Below are positions 61,991 to 64,000 of a stretch of 64,000 nt of DNA, piece by piece; position 1 is the first letter of the stretch, and each line of letters starts with the position of its first letter. The position numbers were made by a program, and so were the translations under genes. The notes under the pieces were generated by a model. That model was not told the DNA's origin. It worked only from the letters and a program-made list of their open reading frames with translations, and did not search any database. Source of the stretch: an uncultured Planctomycetia bacterium. GTDB taxonomy: Bacteria; Omnitrophota; Gorgyraeia; 2-02-FULL-51-18. The stretch covers positions 75,964 to 139,963 of the forward strand of contig CAZXLF010000007.1 of the NCBI GenBank assembly GCA_964642015.1, read 5' to 3'.

Positions 61991-62040
61991 ATAGGCAAAA
62001 ACGAACTCATTTTTGGGACGTTTTTGCCTATCTTTATCTA
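61991..62040 (+). terminator. Rho-independent terminator after the pilin genes
   Basis: ATAGGCAAAAACG-aactcatttttggga-CGTTTTTGCCTAT 13-bp stem, then a T-rich tail (ctttatc). Confidence 0.6.
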
Positions 62041-62048
62041 GGGGTCTG

Positions 62049-62450
62049 ATGATGAGAAAAAAATCAGGATTCACACTAACAGAAGTTTTAATGGTAATTA
62101 CTATTTTGGCGATCCTCGCCGGCTTAGCAGCACCCAATTATTTTCTAACGGTCGAAAAATCCAGATCGAATGAAGCCATAGGGAATTTGAACATTATCCG
62201 GATGGGCGAGAGGATCTATAAGCTGAACAATAGCAGATATTGGCCAAATCCGGATGCGACTGATAACACTCTAAGTGATATTAATACGAATCTGAATGTC
62301 AGCCTTGATACGCCTAAGTACTATGCACTTTCAATCACTTCGACTGGCACAGGCACGGCCTTTACTGCGACGGCGTCGCGCGGGAACGCCGGAGCCAAAA
62401 CATTTACCATCGATCAAACAGGGACTATTACTGAATCAGGGACATATTGA
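62049..62450 (+). CDS. Minor pilin/pseudopilin (leader MMRKKSG|FTLTEV)
   Basis: Prepilin motif GFTLTEVLMVITILAILAGLAAP. Confidence 0.75.
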   Translation: MMRKKSGFTLTEVLMVITILAILAGLAAPNYFLTVEKSRSNEAIGNLNIIRMGERIYKLNNSRYWPNPDATDNTLSDINTNLNVSLDTPKYYALSITSTGTGTAFTATASRGNAGAKTFTIDQTGTITESGTY

Positions 62451-62453
62451 GGA

Positions 62454-63515
62454 ATGAAATATTTTTATTCTCCCCCTCCTTTTTTTATATTACTATTTTC
62501 TATATTATTTACGGTCCCATGCTATTCTGAAACCCTAGAACGTTCAACCGAATATTCCTCTCCTTACGGTTCTTATAAAGAACTGACTGCTTTAAATTCG
62601 ATGACAGTAGGAATCGCTCCCACAGCTCCAGCTACACCTGCGAATGCCGCTACAGGCGTTGTGACCGTGAACGGTAGTCTTCAGATCAGTAATGGTCCGA
62701 CTATCATTGAAGAAAAATTAGGAGTGGATGGGGACACTTTGAAAGTACTTCCATACAATTATTGGGGTGGTTTACATTGGGTGAATATAGGGCAACCCAG
62801 TCCCGAAACGGCTACTATTGATAAATTGTCCGATTTGAATGTATACGGAGATATTTGGTCAAACCGTTATTTTCATGTAGCGACGCGTTTTACGGAAAAG
62901 AGATTTTTTTTGGGCACAACGGATCCTGCCACGACTCCGGTATTGGGTGAGATGGGCGCACAGGATGATTCCAATGTTTGGCAACCTGCCTTTTTTAAAG
63001 CAAATCATAAAATAGTTCTTAACAGTGGGGACACCGGGAGGTCTAGCGGAAAAGTTATTATCGGTGCTACTCAGGCTGAAGCGGTTACTGCAGTGGGAGG
63101 CGCCGCAAATTATGCTCTTTACAAGTTAATTGTGAACGGTTCCAGTGTAGCCCAAAACTTTATTTCAAGCAGTTCCCGCGAATATAAAACGGATATTCAG
63201 CCACTTACTGAAACTCAATACAGAGGGACCTTGGATGACTTATCCAAGACTGAAGTTTTTCGTTTCCGATATAAATCTGAAAGTCCGTCTGAGCGAAGAA
63301 TTCATACCGGCACCATAGCCGAGAATAGCCCTGAAGAAATACTTAGCTCAGGCAAAAAAGGGATTAACACGTCGAGCGCCATAGGTTTTTTGATAGCTAC
63401 TGTAAAGGAACTCGCGCTTCAAAATGAACAGCTTGAAAAAGAGGTGGTCAGGCTTGAGAAAGAATTAGGTAAGATAAAAAAAGATGAAAAAACCGATGAG
63501 CATCTGGCAAAATAA
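62454..63515 (+). CDS. Secreted fibre-like protein with a C-terminal Peptidase_S74 intramolecular-chaperone (phage tail-fibre) domain
   Basis: Signal peptide. The C-terminus YKTDIQPL...VFRFRYKSE...RIHTGTIAE...AIGFLIATVKELALQNEQLEKEVVRLEKEL matches the S74 consensus (K.DI.PL..F.YK....H.G.IA....L....AVKEL..N..L). Confidence 0.7.
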   Translation: MKYFYSPPPFFILLFSILFTVPCYSETLERSTEYSSPYGSYKELTALNSMTVGIAPTAPATPANAATGVVTVNGSLQISNGPTIIEEKLGVDGDTLKVLPYNYWGGLHWVNIGQPSPETATIDKLSDLNVYGDIWSNRYFHVATRFTEKRFFLGTTDPATTPVLGEMGAQDDSNVWQPAFFKANHKIVLNSGDTGRSSGKVIIGATQAEAVTAVGGAANYALYKLIVNGSSVAQNFISSSSREYKTDIQPLTETQYRGTLDDLSKTEVFRFRYKSESPSERRIHTGTIAENSPEEILSSGKKGINTSSAIGFLIATVKELALQNEQLEKEVVRLEKELGKIKKDEKTDEHLAK

Positions 63516-64000
63516 AAAGAAGATCTTATACGCGGTATTTTTCTTATTATCCATCACTCCTCCTGTTTTTTCCGTGCAAACCGAGAAAGTTACTACTTAT
63601 TATTCACAACCTAATGGTGATTATAAGGATGTTACCGTTATCAATAGTTTGACCGTTGGTGGAAATATGCAAGCGTCTGTTGGTACGGGAAATTTTTCCA
63701 TTCTAAACAATGATATCGATGGATGGGTGACAAGTTTTCCGGCTCCCAGCGGTGGCGGTCTTACTGTCGTGAACTCTTTTAATATTCAAAATTCTGCCAA
63801 CACCAGTTTGTTCTATGTGGATAATGTCAATCATCGAGTTGGAATAGGGACTGCTACTCCACTTACGACGTTAGATGTTCGAGGAGAAGTGAATACCCAA
63901 ATTCTCCATGGCTACAGTACGATAACTGATCCATGGAGTGGCGCTTCAGTTGAAACGCTCGATCAAAATTTTGAGACCGGAGGCATTTCAGGCAATATTT
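63496..64000 (+). CDS. Paralogous secreted fibre-like protein, N-terminal part (runs off the window)
   Basis: Signal peptide. TYYSQPNGDYKDVTVINSLTVGGN parallels EYSSPYGSYKELTALNSMTVGIA of the previous gene. HRVGIGTATPLTTLDVRGEV is a tail-fibre-like repeat. Confidence 0.55.
   Translation, partial: MSIWQNKKKILYAVFFLLSITPPVFSVQTEKVTTYYSQPNGDYKDVTVINSLTVGGNMQASVGTGNFSILNNDIDGWVTSFPAPSGGGLTVVNSFNIQNSANTSLFYVDNVNHRVGIGTATPLTTLDVRGEVNTQILHGYSTITDPWSGASVETLDQNFETGGISGNI

Overview
This window spans the chromosomal replication origin of an uncultivated-type bacterium, and gene orientation switches exactly at the origin. Every confident gene from 1 to 33300 is on the minus strand and every gene from 33700 to 64000 is on the plus strand. 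At the centre, dnaA-dnaN-DUF721-gyrB-gyrA (minus) is divergent from rpmH-rnpA-yidD-yidC-mnmG-parA-parB (plus). Between them lies an AT-rich stretch with TTATCCACA DnaA boxes. The left arm carries envelope and metabolic genes: an outer-membrane barrel protein, a FecR-domain protein, amtB-glnK, a type III PKS, efp, an SLC13 transporter, a QxxRW glycosyltransferase, a PEGA protein, a beta-carbonic anhydrase, an acyl-CoA desaturase and a PiT transporter. It also carries a tightly overlapping operon of MarR, a Zn-ribbon protein, a membrane-anchored hexapeptide acyltransferase, a membrane protein, Lgt, and a Cys-rich radical SAM enzyme. The right arm carries housekeeping genes (ndk, yicC, gmk, split coaC/coaB, thrS-infC-rpmI-rplT-pheST, rarA). 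Between coaB and thrS sits a small tRNA islet holding tRNA-Cys, tRNA-Leu and tRNA-Val. It contains two paralogous, covarying structured RNA elements, each directly upstream of an ORF. One ORF is a 126-aa multi-TM protein and the other is a TIR-domain protein. This islet is the best candidate for an undescribed system, possibly a defence module. The 3' end is a type IV pilus cluster: a pilM-pilN fusion, pilO, pilP, pilQ, pilB, pilC, two major pilin genes with a 368-bp perfectly identical repeat, and a minor pilin. It is followed by two paralogous secreted proteins; the first ends in a phage-tail-fibre-type Peptidase_S74 chaperone domain. Two further families of intergenic repeats or motifs occur in the 11-19 kb region. 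No CRISPR array, rRNA or transposase was seen.
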